This document shows positions 1 through 13,109 of a stretch of DNA of 64,000 bases, one piece after another. Every line of letters begins with the position of its first letter. Position 1 is the first letter of the stretch. The stretch is taken from positions 258,540,001-258,604,000 of the forward strand of contig OZ024740.1 of the NCBI GenBank assembly GCA_964016885.1. The letters are read 5' to 3'. Under the pieces are notes generated by a model. That model was given only the letters and a program-made list of their open reading frames with translations. It searched no databases and was not told the DNA's origin. The stretch comes from Eledone cirrhosa (Eukaryota). Position numbers and translations under genes: made by a program.

Positions 1-35
1 TGTTGATGTTGTTGCTGTAGTTGTTATAGTTGTAA

Positions 36-127
36 CTCTTCTTCTTCTTCTTCTTCTTCTTCTTCTTCTTCTTCTTCTTCTTCTTCTTCTTCTTCTTCTT
101 CTTCTTCTTCTTCTTCTTCTTCTTCTT
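36..127. repeat. (CTT)n trinucleotide microsatellite
   Basis: About 30 perfect TTC units read directly. Confidence 0.95.
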
Positions 128-303
128 GATGTTATTGCGGCTCTTGTTCTTGTTATTGTCTTAGCTATTGCTGTTGTTGTTGTCGTTGATGTTGTTCTGG
201 CTTTGCTGTTGTTATTGTTTTTGTTGTTGTTGTTGCAGTCATTATTTTTGTGACTATTTATTGTCGTTGTATTTGTTCTTGTTGATGTCATTATTAAGGT
301 ATC

Positions 304-496
304 CGCGGTGGATTGGCAGTATCTGTAGAAGGTCGGACACCGTGCTTTGCAGCAATGAGGTACGGCCCTTTATGGTCTGAGTTCAAATCCCGCCGAGGTT
401 AACTTTGCCTTTCATCCTTATGGAGTCGATAACATAAAGTACCAGTAATATACTGGAATAATTGCTGGCCTTGTGCCAAAAGTAGAAACAACTATT
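304..496 (+). mobile_element. tRNA-derived SINE, dominant family of this window (Octopus-type)
   Basis: GCGGTGGATTGGCAGTATC head, B-box-like GAGTTCAAATCCC, conserved core CTTTGCCTTTCATCCTTAYGGRGTCGATAA and tail GGCCTTGTGCC..AAAGTAGAAACAA; repeated about 14 times in the window. Confidence 0.85.
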
Positions 497-890
497 AAAG
501 TATCCGCTGTTTTATTGTTTAGGTTCTGTTCGTTGTAGTTCCGGGTGTGGTAGTTGATAGTGTTGTATTCGTATTTGTTGTAATAGTCATTCGTGTAGTT
601 ACTGCCATTGAGTTGATGTTCTATTTGTTGTTTATATTGTTGTTGTTGTTGTTGTAGCTGCTGTCATTGTTGTTGTTACTGTTGATGTTCTATTTGTTGC
701 TTATGTTGGTGTTGTAGCTGTTGATGTCATAGCCTTTGATATTTGTGTTTTTGCTGTTGTTTTGGTGAGAAAGTTAAGAGATTCTGTAAAATAAAAAGAC
801 CTTTTAATATAATCCAATAATATCTCGCAGATTATAACTAAACTAAGGAGATATTCTCGCCTTTTCTTTTATATCTTCACATAGCTACGA

Positions 891-892
<2 letters not shown>

Positions 893-962
<70 letters not shown>

Positions 963-991
963 CGTGCGTGTGCGTGTGTGCGTGCGCGCGC

Positions 992-1068
<77 letters not shown>
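893..1068. repeat. (TG)n/(CG)n compound microsatellite (alternating purine-pyrimidine)
   Basis: Read directly; a central (CG)~11 tract is flanked by (TG)n. Confidence 0.95.
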
Positions 1069-2292
1069 CAAGTGAGAGAGATGACAGGCGAGAGAGATGA
1101 CAGGCGAGAGAGAGAGCAGCTGTATGTGCAGGCGTGTATTTTTGTGAGATTTTGTGTGTGTGTGAATGTGCAAGTGATAAAGATAAAATTGGAAAGAGAG
1201 AGTGGGTGCAAGTGTACGCGCGTTTCTGTATGTGTATGTGTATTTGGATTTCTGTGTGTGCTTTTGTGTGTATGCCTCTGTGTGCAAGAGAGGGAGATAT
1301 ACGGAGAGATGGAGGGAGTGTGTGTGTGTGTCAAGGAGAGCATGTATATATCTTGTCTGTCAAAAAGAATGAGCTTGCAAAAGTATAAAATAAACAACCA
1401 ACGGGATAGATCTCTGTAGGCATGTAGGGCCTGAGAAAGCCATGGGCATTGCCCCTTCCTCTTGAACTTCATGTCTTGTCCCCTTAATCGGTAATTATAA
1501 ATTGTATTTCTTGGCATTTAAAACTGGAGAACTCCAACCTTCTCCTTGTCTGAATGCAACCGACACCCATTTGACGTATCTAAGAATTTGTGTGCAAATG
1601 CAGAACTATGCGTGTGCGTATATATATTTGTATATGCATATATGTACGCGTACGTGTGTGTCTGGCTTTGTAAAAGACACAAACACACACATAGAAATAA
1701 CTACACACATACACATATGCACATAAATAACATATATATATGCACTGCCTATGCTCGCAAACACTTACATACGCCCACACCCCGAAAAGAAAAAGAACCG
1801 ATGTTTATATATACCCAACATCTCACAATCACAACAAACACTGTATATCTTGTTGAATCACCAGTCTGAAGAGCGGATCGATAATTGAGACGGGCGTATG
1901 AACTCTTTGTGTGACCTTGAGCCAATCGTCAGTGAAACTGGCGTAACAGATCGATTCACAATTGAAAAAAAAACTAAATGCATGCCTGTGCATCGAGTGC
2001 TCATTTTGGTACCACCACCAGTAATTGGTACAATATATATATATAATGTATGTGATTCAGTGAATTACTGGTGGTGGTGGTACCAAAATCAGCACTCGAT
2101 ACACTATCCAGGAAGCTCCAACCGTTAAGGTTGTCTTTTTTTTCCGGGTATGTCAATATTTATTTATAAAATAAATCTGTATTTTATCTTCTGAAAGCGC
2201 ACCATAATTTGCCTTGGTTGCCCTTGAAATATATATAATAAAATAAATATGGTTTTATAAATATAGTTTCCATTTATTAATATATTGTATAC

Positions 2293-2338
<46 letters not shown>

Positions 2339-2349
2339 ATTACAGAATC

Positions 2350-2500
2350 GGGCGATGCGTTATGTCCTTGAGCAAGACACTTTATTTCACTTTGCTCCTT
2401 CTACCTAGAGTTGAGACCGATAGACAGTATTAGCAATTGGAAAGACCAATGGAAACATTGTTTCCTCGGTCCGATTTGACGAAAGTCGATCGTTCCTTCT
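2350..2500 (+). mobile_element. Second SINE family fragment (related copy on the - strand at ~44835-45005)
   Basis: GCGTTATGTCCTTGAGCAAGACACTTTATTTCAC followed by GGAAAGACCAATGGAAACATTGTTTCCTCGGTCCGATTT; the reverse-complement homolog lies at 44835-45005. Confidence 0.6.
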
Positions 2501-2680
2501 TATATATATGTGTATGTATATATATATATGGTTGAAGCTAAATTCTAATTCTATTCTATATTAAGTTAAGCCTATTTATACAGATTCGTATGCAAATGAG
2601 ATTAATCACCTATTTACACAGACGAAAAAACTATATATTTCCCCAGCTTTCAAAGACCGGCAGTTGCAAGAGCGGAAGAG

Positions 2681-2724
2681 GTCATCCTGACGAGTACCAG
2701 TCGAGTTTGAAATGCATCGATGAT
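2681..2724 (+). ncRNA. Type I hammerhead ribozyme motif (weak stem II)
   Basis: Stem I GTCATC/GATGAT, core CTGACGA...GAAA, palindromic stem III ATGCAT, AUC cleavage triplet. Confidence 0.55.
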
Positions 2725-2838
2725 TGTACCCCTTGCTTCTGCCGAACACTGTTGTGTGGCGTTAGCTGCCAGTGTCTTTCATAGCAATGGATTTCTAGAT
2801 GTTTATTTATAAACAAGCCGTATTTCTTTAGAAATACG

Positions 2839-2876
<38 letters not shown>

Positions 2877-2884
2877 TTACAAAA

Positions 2885-3042
2885 TAATTGTTTCTACTTA
2901 CTTTTAGCACAAGGCCAGCAATTACCCAGTTCTTTATTTTATCGATCCCTCGGCGGGATTTGAACTCAGACCGTAAAGTGGCGTAACTATGCTAGAAAGT
3001 ATGGCGTCCAGCCCTCTACCGATACTGCCAATTCACCGCCCA
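2885..3042 (-). mobile_element. tRNA-derived SINE copy (internally deleted)
   Basis: Reverse complement of the 304-496 family; flanked by the direct repeat CATTACAAAATAAT, a probable TSD. Confidence 0.85.
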
Positions 3043-3615
3043 TTACAAAATAATGAATGACATATATACGCACACATATATCTCTAATGATTTAAATGTA
3101 CAATAGAACATATCAGACTTTAGCTGTAGACAATCTGTATAGAATGTAAGAACACATAGTTCATTACAGTATCATTAAAATTTAGCAAAAATTTAAAATA
3201 TACATACCTGATAAAAATTTTATATATTTCCCTCATAAGTATCCTTCACAAATCATGAATACATTTTGATTTTTTTAATAATACCGTGTGCTTCTTTCAT
3301 AGTTTTCAGTTCTGTACGTTAACGGGTGTACGTTCAGATAGATCGATTCCCTCACTGAAGATTGTCGAACTGCACCAATATTTGGTGAAATGTATTCATG
3401 GTTTGTGAAGGCTACATATGAAGGAAATATATATAATTTTCATCAGGTATCTATATTTTTTAAATTTTGCTAAATTTTAATATGATACTGTAATGAACTA
3501 TGTGTTCTTAGATTCTATACAGAATGTCTCCTGTTAAAGTTTGATATGTTCTATTGTACATTTATATCATTAGATATATATGTGTATATATATGTCATGC
3601 ACTATTTTGTAATGA
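3043..3615. repeat. Long inverted repeat (arms ~3043-3270 and ~3385-3615), probable PLE-type remnant
   Basis: For example ATACCTGATAAAAATT..CCTCATAAGTATCCTTCACAAATCATGAATACATTT versus AAATGTATTCATGGTTTGTGAAGGCTACATATGAAGG..TTTTCATCAGGTAT. Confidence 0.75.
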
Positions 3616-3721
3616 TTAAATGCTCTGATTTATTATTTGAATTTTTCTTTTAGCTTATTGTGGGAGATAAGACGTACGTTTGAGATTATCTCAAACTTGA
3701 CATCTATAACTTTGAAAGTTA

Positions 3722-3929
<208 letters not shown>

Positions 3930-3951
3930 ATATATAGAGAGGATATATATA

Positions 3952-4602
3952 GAAAGGATTTCTCCATGCGTTCCTTCGGAAACCATGTTTATTCCCTTTC
4001 AGAAACTAATTAGTTGGAGTGAAATTTTAGTAAGTAAGTTAATTTTTATAATTTTCTTATTTTACGTCTTTCGTATTATTGTTCTGCATCCCCTTGCATT
4101 GAACCACAAAGTTACTAAGACAAAACCTATATATTTGCTAGCATAGGTATGCATCTGTATATATATGTTAGTAGATATACTAATTCTTTATAATTATCTC
4201 CAAATTATTTTGTTGAGCAAAAATTTGCCAAAACTGTTACTATAGTTCATAGTAATGGTTCGGCTGCTGTCTTCGTAACACACCACTCCTCACTGATTAA
4301 CCTCGATGTCACGTGATTGATTATTTTGAATTTGCCACCGACCAAGTAGGCAGTGATTTTTTAAAATGTCTTGGAACTTAGTCCACGCTTTGCTTTTTTC
4401 CATCCACTGAATTATTTCTATATAAGTTCCCTGTGTCCACGCATTGCCTGGGAACTTAGCTGAGAATAGACTTCCCTGATGACGAAAGGATTTCTCCATG
4501 CGTTCCTTCGGAAACCATGTTTATTCTCTTTCAGAAACTAATTAGTTGGAGTGAAATTTTAGTAAGTAAGTTAATTTTTATAATTTTCTTATTTTACGTC
4601 TT

Positions 4603-4603
<1 letters not shown>
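3952..4603 (+). mobile_element. Hammerhead-carrying non-autonomous repeat with ~532-bp period (1.2 units), flanked by (TA)n/(GA)n
   Basis: Direct repeat 3952-4070 / 4484-4603; homologs at ~10020-10460 (+) and ~34070-34300 (-). Confidence 0.7.
4469..4552 (+). ncRNA. Type I hammerhead ribozyme (TAATTA-loop family)
   Basis: GACTTCC-CTGATGA-CGAAAG..CTTTCA-GAAAC-TAATTA-GTT-GGAGT. Confidence 0.7.
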
Positions 4604-4646
<43 letters not shown>

Positions 4647-5186
4647 GAGGATATTGTAGTTTACTTGCGGCATTGTGTAGTGAGGTATAAACGTTTGGAG
4701 TTAGAAGGCCAGAACAATGCAGGTATGGATATAGAATATAAATACAAATACAACAGATATTGCTGACAATTAGTCTTTTACCTTAAATTTATTTGAATAT
4801 CCTTAATTTTCGAGATAATATCTCTTCTTCCGAGGGATGAAAAGGGGTTAATCCAGTGTTCTAATTAGCTTGCCAAGTCATGCTGACAAGAAATAGTATA
4901 GAAATTGTGAAGGTTAGGTGGATAAAGGGGTTGTCTCCCTTTAAAAGTGTTTGGACATGTATGTCTAAATGTGTGTGGGAGAATACGGGAAGGTGTAAGC
5001 ATGCGTGTGTGTGTGTGAGTGTGAGAGGATATCTTTATATGTAAATGTGGGGGCTAGATGCTCTATCATGTTAAAACTGGTCTATGTGTGTGTGAGAGAG
5101 AATAAGTGAAGGTGTAAACGTGTGTGTGTGTGAGATGGTGCGTGGAGGTGTAAGTGTGGGGCTACGTGCTCTATCATGTTAAAAAT

Positions 5187-5400
5187 TAGTTGTTCAGTTC
5201 TAGTCTGTTATTGATTGGTGGTTGTATTTTGTCTACAATTAGTGCTTCTTTAATTCTAAGATTGCCGAGGTTTCTTTCCTTAGCTTCTATCCTAAGTATT
5301 ATGTTTTTGTCGGTGTTTTTGCATTTCACTAGGTGTTTCTTAAATGAGGAAGCGTTAGTGTTGAGGTGTTCTTCTATTCTAATGTGAAGTGGTCTGGTGG
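5187..5400 (-). pseudogene. Penelope-like element GIY-YIG endonuclease C-terminal fragment (Poseidon-like)
   Basis: Manual translation TRPLHIRIEEHLNTNASSFKKHLVKC...LRIKEALIVDKIQPPINNRLELNN*; homologous to 11820-11945. Confidence 0.7.
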
Positions 5401-5786
5401 TATATACGTCGATATCTTAAACTGAACCAGATCAATAACGATCTCTAATCATTTAATCCAGAAACATTATATGGAGTAGCGAAACAATTGTAAACGGACA
5501 TTATTAGTATTATTATTACTATTCTTTACATTCCTTACATTAAACTAAAACTATGTTGACAATCTTTTAATAATGTCTTACTTGTGAAATTTGCGGTCTT
5601 GTTTTGCTTAGCTAATGAATATTTCCAGCTCTGTGCACCTAACCTCTGCATGAACCCAGCCACCTAGCTGCCTTCCACTGCATATTGCACATTGAGCACA
5701 TGCCTTTACGCTTTGGCTTCTAACTAATTCACCAATCTCTCTTCTCTCCTACTCCATCTCTCTCTTTAAGATTGGTGAGACTTGAA

Positions 5787-5850
<64 letters not shown>

Positions 5851-6427
5851 TAATGAGCCTAATTGTTCTAACGCATAGATTTTTCAGGTACTAGTAAACT
5901 GTTCAGTAATTCCGAAAGTTGTTTTAGAGTCGCGTGTGTGTGATAAAATAGAGGGAAATAAAAGATAACGAAAATGTGAAAGAAATGAAAATTTAAAAGA
6001 TGTTGAAAAAAATATTTGATGGAAAAAAAAAACGATAAATGAAAGACATTTTTAAAAAGAAAATAGAAAGGAAAATATAGAAGATAATGTTTTTGTTTTT
6101 GTGCTTTTATATTTCTTTCTGTATGTTTCTTCTTTACATTTCCTATTTTTTCTAGTGTGTTTTGTTTTTGTTTAAATAGCTTTGTAAAATAAAATTGTAT
6201 AATATCAAAAATTAAAAAAGAGAAAAGATAATTTAGTGTAAGTAAGATATATAGTGGTGTTATCATACAATTTTATATGAGAGAGTGGAGTTAGTTGTCA
6301 GATATTTACGACCGATGTGCCCTGTCATTACGACATATCACATACATTTAATTATAACCTAATAGGTTGCATCGTAAATCAGTTTTAAAACTGTTTACTT
6401 TCTCACACCGACGCCATCCCCCCCCCA

Positions 6428-6463
<36 letters not shown>

Positions 6464-6538
6464 TTGTATATATCCATATATTTAATAAACAGCATTCTTG
6501 GACGAGCTTAAATGTAAGCACATACTGGAGTATACACT

Positions 6539-6577
<39 letters not shown>

Positions 6578-6637
6578 GTATATTATATATATATATATAT
6601 ATATATACATATATCTATATATATATATATATATATG

Positions 6638-6781
<144 letters not shown>

Positions 6782-6898
6782 CACCGTTAAGTACTAATCT
6801 CTATAATGGCACTGGACTTTTTAAATTGTAAACAAAATAAATTGTAAACTTACGATACGCCTGTAAAGAGTTTTGATATTAACATTATTAATAAAATT

Positions 6899-6942
<44 letters not shown>

Positions 6943-7276
6943 CGTGCACATACACACATACATATACACACAGAGTATCATTCACATGGCCTCAACCCCT
7001 CGGCTGGAACGCAAATAAACAAAGTACGTATATACAAATGTATGTGTGCATATATGTATATATGGAAAGTATTTCCGTAGCAAATGAAAAGGAAAGAAGA
7101 GTGCTCTATGTTAAGTATAGAGCTAATTAATTACGTAATAAACACCAATATAATTTACTCTAATTATATTGTGTTGTATATTTCTTCCTGCTATATCAAG
7201 CATTAACCTAATATATACCTTCCATATACTGTACCGATTGTGTTGTTATTTCTGTTTACCTTTTACATATATATAT

Positions 7277-7396
7277 ATAGGAAAATGTTCAAGACCCCGA
7301 CGGCAGAGCTCAAGCCGTTTCGATAGTTATTTCTGTACTGAAATAGCAGTCGAAAAGGCTTGAGCTCTGCCGTCGGTGTCTTGAACATTTTCCTAT
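7277..7396. repeat. Near-perfect ~55-bp-arm fold-back hairpin derived from the hammerhead element also seen at 57.5-58.7 kb
   Basis: TAGGAAAATGTTCAAGACCCCGACGGCAGAGCTCAAGCC versus GGCTTGAGCTCTGCCGTCGGTGTCTTGAACATTTTCCTA. Confidence 0.85.
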
Positions 7397-7472
7397 TACC
7401 GACTCTACTACCCAAAGTATTGGGTACTCTGATGTGTTATGGTCCACCTGGTTCCTTACCACACTTCCTTCG

Positions 7473-7535
<63 letters not shown>

Positions 7536-7896
7536 AAAAATGGAGTGATGTGTGGTTGCACATGGGTTGCATATGAATAAAATTAGTCCTTCATCAGTGT
7601 CTTCCAACCTTCATTGGTATTTCATCGATTTAAAAATCATATACCTCTGGCTGGTGTGAGCAATAACTAAATAAAGTTTTTGGGACAAGTAAAATTGGGA
7701 GAAACGAGCGAGACATTTAAACAACCAAAGATGGTATTGCAACGGAAAGATAGGAAGAGAGAAATACATGATAACTGCAAGCTTAAGCTTGGTGAAATCA
7801 TGGATGAGATATACTGACCATCCGAATTGGGTGAAATGTGAGTGAGAAAAGGGTTTCACACAGGTCAAACGGAGGAAAGTGAGAGAGGGGGAGAAG

Positions 7897-7944
<48 letters not shown>

Positions 7945-7949
<5 letters not shown>

Positions 7950-8435
7950 TATGTGAACGTACATGCATATATGTATACAGACGTACAGTAGTATGTATAT
8001 ATATATACATATATATATATATACGTACATGCACACATATATATATGTACGTATGGATTCACCGAACATTTATTATAATACTCGGTGTGTTTGTAAACAA
8101 ACATCCCGAATTAAGCCGTACAGTGTCTAGCAACCATCGTTGCTCATTTGTTCAACACTGACAAAGGAACGCTGTACTAGTTTGAAGCTTATTAGCTATC
8201 GTCAGCAACGGATACCTTCCTGCCATATGGTTGAACGTCTGAAAGTATATACTTTCCTTATGCATATTAACGGCTGAGCAGCCTAATTTGCATATCGAAT
8301 GAGTTAATCGGCCGGGGTACCGAAAACGATAAACGGAAAAAATGAAACGAAATTTCATTTCTCACTCTTAGTACGGCTGTTACTTAAATATAAGTATGTA
8401 TACGTGCATACATATATGTATACAGACGTACAGTA

Positions 8436-8510
<75 letters not shown>

Positions 8511-9172
8511 CTTGCACACATATATATATGTACGTATGGATTCACCGAACATTTATTATAATGCTCGGTGTGTTTGTAAACAAACATCCCGTATTAAGCC
8601 GTGCAGTGTCTAGCAACAGTGTCTATACATACTACTGTACGACTTTATACATATATGTATGTACGTATAAATACTTATATTTAAGTAACAGCCGTACTAA
8701 GAGTGAGAAATGAAATTTCGTTTCCTTTTTTTCCGTTTATCGTTTTCGGTACCCCGGCCGATTAACTCACTCGATATACAAATTAGGCTGCTCAGCCGTT
8801 AATATGCATAAGGAAAGTATATACTTTCAGACGTTCAACCATCTGGCAGGAAGGTATACGTTGCTGACGATAGCTAATAAGCTTGAAACTAGTACAGTGT
8901 TCCTTTGTCAGTGTTGAACAAATGAGCAACGATGGTTGCTAGACACTGTACGGCTTAATTCGGGATGTTTGTTTACAAACACACCGAGCATTATAATCAA
9001 TGTTCGGTGAATCCATACGTACATATATATATATGTGTGCATGTATGTATATATATATATACATACTACTGTACGTTTGTATACATATATGTATGTGCGT
9101 ATACATACTTATATTTAGGTATCAGCCGTACTAAGAGTGAGAAATGAAATTTCGTTTCATTTTTTCCGTTTA
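7945..9172. mobile_element. Inverted/tandem hammerhead-bearing repeat (ACTAGT family); more copies at ~39880-40430 and ~40985-41470
   Basis: Arms ~7945-8615 (-) and ~8620-9172 (+) are reverse complements; each holds an HHR motif; flanked by (TA)n. Confidence 0.8.
8859..8899 (+). ncRNA. Minimal type I hammerhead ribozyme (ACTAGT family)
   Basis: CGTTG-CTGACGA-TAGCT-AATA-AGCTT-GAAAC-TA-GTA-CAGTG. The mirror copy at ~8170-8210 (-) has G12C. Confidence 0.8.
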
Positions 9173-9904
9173 TATATATATATATATATATTAGAAAGTG
9201 AGGGTTTTTTTTACAAAATGAAAAAAAAAAAAGGTGTCCTCCACGAGTGAAAGTATAAGGAAAAAGGATGAAATCGAAAATGCAACTGGAGTCTTTTTTT
9301 TTTTAAATATATTTATTTGGTTCCTTTACCGGTTCTTGTGCTTTTCAAAAGTTGAATTGAGATGGAAGATTGGTGGTTTTTCTCACATCTGAGAAATAAC
9401 ATAGATTGAGGGGACGGCTGGGTTGGAATTGGAAAATATGTCTTTAGATAAAAATAACAGGTCCATTTATAGTGACATCTCTTGGAAAACTGTTGGTGCT
9501 GGCGTTTTGTGTAGGTTTTATTTTTTTAGAATAGTGGATGATGGAGCGTGTCTACCTGAAATGGAAAAAAAACGTTTTGTATAAAGATCTATACTTGTGC
9601 GCGTGCGTGTGTGGATAGGGCCGTACGAAGCTTAGATGATATGTGTATGTATATGTAAGTAAAAGAGTGTGCATGCGCTTGTAAGTACGAAGCTGTGAAC
9701 AAAAGTATGTTAATATAAGGGTGTGTGTGTGTGTGTATGTATGTGTGTATACAGAGCAGTGAATGGAAAAGTTGAGTGTGCATATTTTGTCGGTCTGTAT
9801 TAGTTGTAAGAGTATATGTTTCTGACCATAAGAGAGCCATAGGAATCTAGGGGTAAATGTACAAGCACGTATGTGATAACTCGCGGGGTATTACAACAAT
9901 TAGG

Positions 9905-9952
<48 letters not shown>

Positions 9953-10190
9953 CCACTTCAAAATTTTTTTTTGGGGGGTGTTAGTAGGCGTCAGTCATCT
10001 TACCATCCCATTCCTTCTAACTGGCCTCTATGTCACGTGATTGATTCTTTAGAATCGGCCATTTGACTGGAAGCAGTGAGAATTTCAGTACATAGAATCC
10101 AGTCCTCGCCTAGCTGTTCTTTCTACCGAATTATTATTTTTATATGAGCCGCCAGTGTCCGCGCATTGCCTGGAGGCTCAGCTGAGAATA

Positions 10191-10273
10191 GACTCCCTGA
10201 TGACGCAATGAATTCTCGACAGTTGGATTATGTAACTGTCTTTATCCCATTGCAGAAACTAATTAGTTGGAGT
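10191..10273 (+). ncRNA. Type I hammerhead ribozyme (TAATTA-loop family, long stem II)
   Basis: GACTCC-CTGATGA-CGCAATG...(inner hairpin GACAGTT/AACTGTC)...CATTGCA-GAAAC-TAATTA-GTT-GGAGT. Confidence 0.8.
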
Positions 10274-10488
10274 GAAAATTTAAGTAAGTAAGTAAAAAAT
10301 TTTTTTAAAATTTTTTAAAAAATATTTTCTTATTTTACGTCGTTTATATTACTGTTCTGCACCCTCCTGCATTGAACCACCTAGGTACTATGACATAACC
10401 TGTGTATTTGCTGGCATGGACGTGCATCTGTGCGCCTATGTTAGTTGATATATTAAATTATCTATATATATATATATATATATATATA

Positions 10489-11565
10489 TCATAAAACATG
10501 TCTATAGAATCGCCAAATAAAATATATACCGTTTCCTCTCCCAATTAGTATAATTAACCATATAAAAAAATCAATTAGAGCAAGCTATAAGAATAAAAGC
10601 TCCTATGAAGAAATCTCCGACAAATAACCGAAAGCAGCCCCTTCGCCGCGGTTACGACGGATTATTTATCGAATATTTCTACAGCATGTATAAATCGACC
10701 AGATATACAGTCAACTAAACAGAATTAGGTGTAAAATAAACTAGAAGGATGTGTACATATTTAATTACCTCTACCATGGTTTCATCTGCATTTTACGACA
10801 TCCGATAACATTGGAAATCTAGAGCTTCGGATTCTTCAGGAAGTTAGCTCAAATTTTGACAATTAATTTTCCAAAGTGATCGCGCCAAGAATACATTCAA
10901 AAATGGCTAAGAATCGTGACGTGGCAGCGGTCAAGTTAGAAAGGATATGATTAGTTGCTTACGGCTGGTAGGCTTTTTGCTAGAAAGCGCAGCCCAATAC
11001 AGCCAAAATTGTATCTCAACCTAGCGGGAGGTTATTACATATAAAGGTTTACATATATATATATAAAGTCATAAATATATATGTGTTTTGCAACGGGTCA
11101 CTTTGTGGCTCAATGAAGAATTAATAAATTAAATAATCAGCGCTATATATCATAAAACATGTCTATAGAATCGCCAGATAAAATATATACCGTTTCCTCT
11201 CCCAATTAGTATAATTAACGATATAAAAAATCAATTAGACCAAGCTATAAGAATAAAGGCTCCTATGAAGAAATCTCCGTCGTAACCGCCGCGAAGGGGC
11301 TGGTTTCGGTTATTTGTCGGAGATTTCTTCATAGGAGCCTTTATTCTTATAGCTTGGTCTAATTGATTTTTTATATGGTTAATTATACTAATTGGGAGAG
11401 GAAACGGTAAATATTTTATCTGGCGATTATATAGACATTTTTTTATGATATATAGCTCTGATTATTTAATTTATTAATTCTTCATTGAGCCACAAAGTGA
11501 CCCGTTGCAAAACACATATATATTTATGACTTTATATATATATATGTGTAAACCTTTATATATAT
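10489..11565. mobile_element. PLE-type pseudo-LTR repeat: ~660-bp unit, partial direct repeat, then inverted copy
   Basis: CATAAAACATGTCTATAGAATCGCC at ~10490 and ~11151; inverted segment ~11278-11565; related diverged copy at ~33620-33990. Confidence 0.7.
10767..10844 (-). ncRNA. Type I hammerhead ribozyme with palindromic CATG loop
   Basis: The minus strand reads ACTTC-CTGAAGA-ATC...GAT-GAAAC-CATG-GTA-GAGGT. Confidence 0.7.
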
Positions 11566-12600
11566 AAATAAATTTCTTTAAGTCGTTTGGAAGCCTCGAC
11601 AATGCAAATGGGTAAATCTCCGGGTAACAAGATCCGGTGGTGGAGAGAGAGATGTAAGTGGGTGTACGTTGAGATGCGTGGTGTGTAAAGATGTGTAAAT
11701 GTGTAGAAGAAAGAAGGGAAGAGTATAAAGGATAAAATTAAAATAACAACACAAGAGAGAGTTACCTTGGGAGAGATTTAATAGTCCCTATATATTTCGG
11801 ATTCACATCCATCAACTGGGGAAACAAAAACGGAAGGCCCATTGTCACAATTCTAGCGACTGAAAGAAACGTCGGCACGTTACGTATCAAGGAAGCACTT
11901 TTTATCAAATGCCTGCAACCGCAAATAAACAACCGATTAGAGAGAAGCGAAATGAGATGGCTGGTTTAAATTAACAAACTATGTAGCAACACACAACACA
12001 CGCACACACAAACGAGACAACTACACACACACACAGTAGCACTCCACCATACGAACATACTACACTGCCAATACAGAGGAACAAGGCAACTACACACGCA
12101 CACACACACACTCAAGTGAGACAACAACACACGCACACACACACACAGTAACATTTAACAAACAGGCAGAGAATGGACTGACAGCTAGCGCCACCCCACT
12201 CCCTCATTCGGCCGCTGACCACTGCCCGACCGACCCCATTTCACGCGCACGCGCGCTCTGCCGAATACCTCAGATATTCAAAACAACAAACAGCGGAGGA
12301 CGCGTTTCGCACCTGTCCGACAGACAACCTTTACCCCGGAAAAAAAACCCCAGCTGATGGATGTGAATCCGAAATATATAGGGACTTTTAAATCTCTCCC
12401 AAGGTAACTCTTGTGTTGTTATTTTTATTTTATCCTTTATACTCTTCCCTTCTTTCTTCTACACATTTACACATCTTTACACACCACGCATCTCAACGTA
12501 CACACACTTACATCTCTCTCTCCACCACCGGATCTTGTTACCCGGAGATTTACCCATTTGCATTGTCGAGGCTTCCAAACGACTTAAAGATATTTATTTA
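11565..12600 (+). mobile_element. 5'-truncated Penelope-like element with inverted 5' pLTR
   Basis: Inverted arms ~11565-11821 / ~12348-12600 enclose the GIY-YIG C-terminus PIVTILATERNVGTLRIKEALFIKCLQPQINNRLE (~11838-11945). Confidence 0.75.
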
Positions 12601-13109
12601 TTATTCCACAATGCTTCAAGCAAACTTCAATACTCTCTTATCTTTATATATATATATATATATATTTATATAAAGGTAAACAGAAATAACAACACATTCG
12701 GAACAGCAAATGGAAGGAATATATTAGGAATATATATATAATACACTTGAAATAACAGGAGGAAGAGGGTCTTAACATTTCGGACGCTAGTCCTTCACCA
12801 GTAGAAAGAATGAGAAATTAGATTTGAAGAGACAGGCAAGGCAGAATCGGAAAGAAATGTTTTAGAGAAATATAACTGGTCGATTCATACTTGTGCGCGT
12901 GCGTATGCGTGTGTATGTGTATACAGAGCTGTAAAGGGAAAAGTAGAGGTGTGTGTGTGCGTACTTTGTTGGGCTGTATCAGCTGTAAGAGTATAAGTTT
13001 CAGACCATAAGAGTACCATAGGAATCTAGGGGTGAATGTACAGCTGCATATGTGATGACGGACGGGGTAAACGTGGCGCGGGGGGGAGCACGGACGTATG
13101 TGTGTAACA

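Noticed and set aside
304-400. tRNA gene
   Set aside because: A/B-box-like motifs run straight into the SINE body; no complete cloverleaf.
1855-1958. Hammerhead CTGAAGA...GAAAC-TGGC-GTA
   Set aside because: Stems I and II pair poorly; possibly a decayed copy, not called.
3350-3400. Hammerhead CTGAAGA...GAAAT at the centre of the inverted repeat
   Set aside because: No stem I complement after the putative cleavage triplet.
4510-4524. Alternative hammerhead closure using the first GAAAC (GAAACCATGTTT)
   Set aside because: No stem I partner follows; the second GAAAC at 4534 gives the conserved fold.
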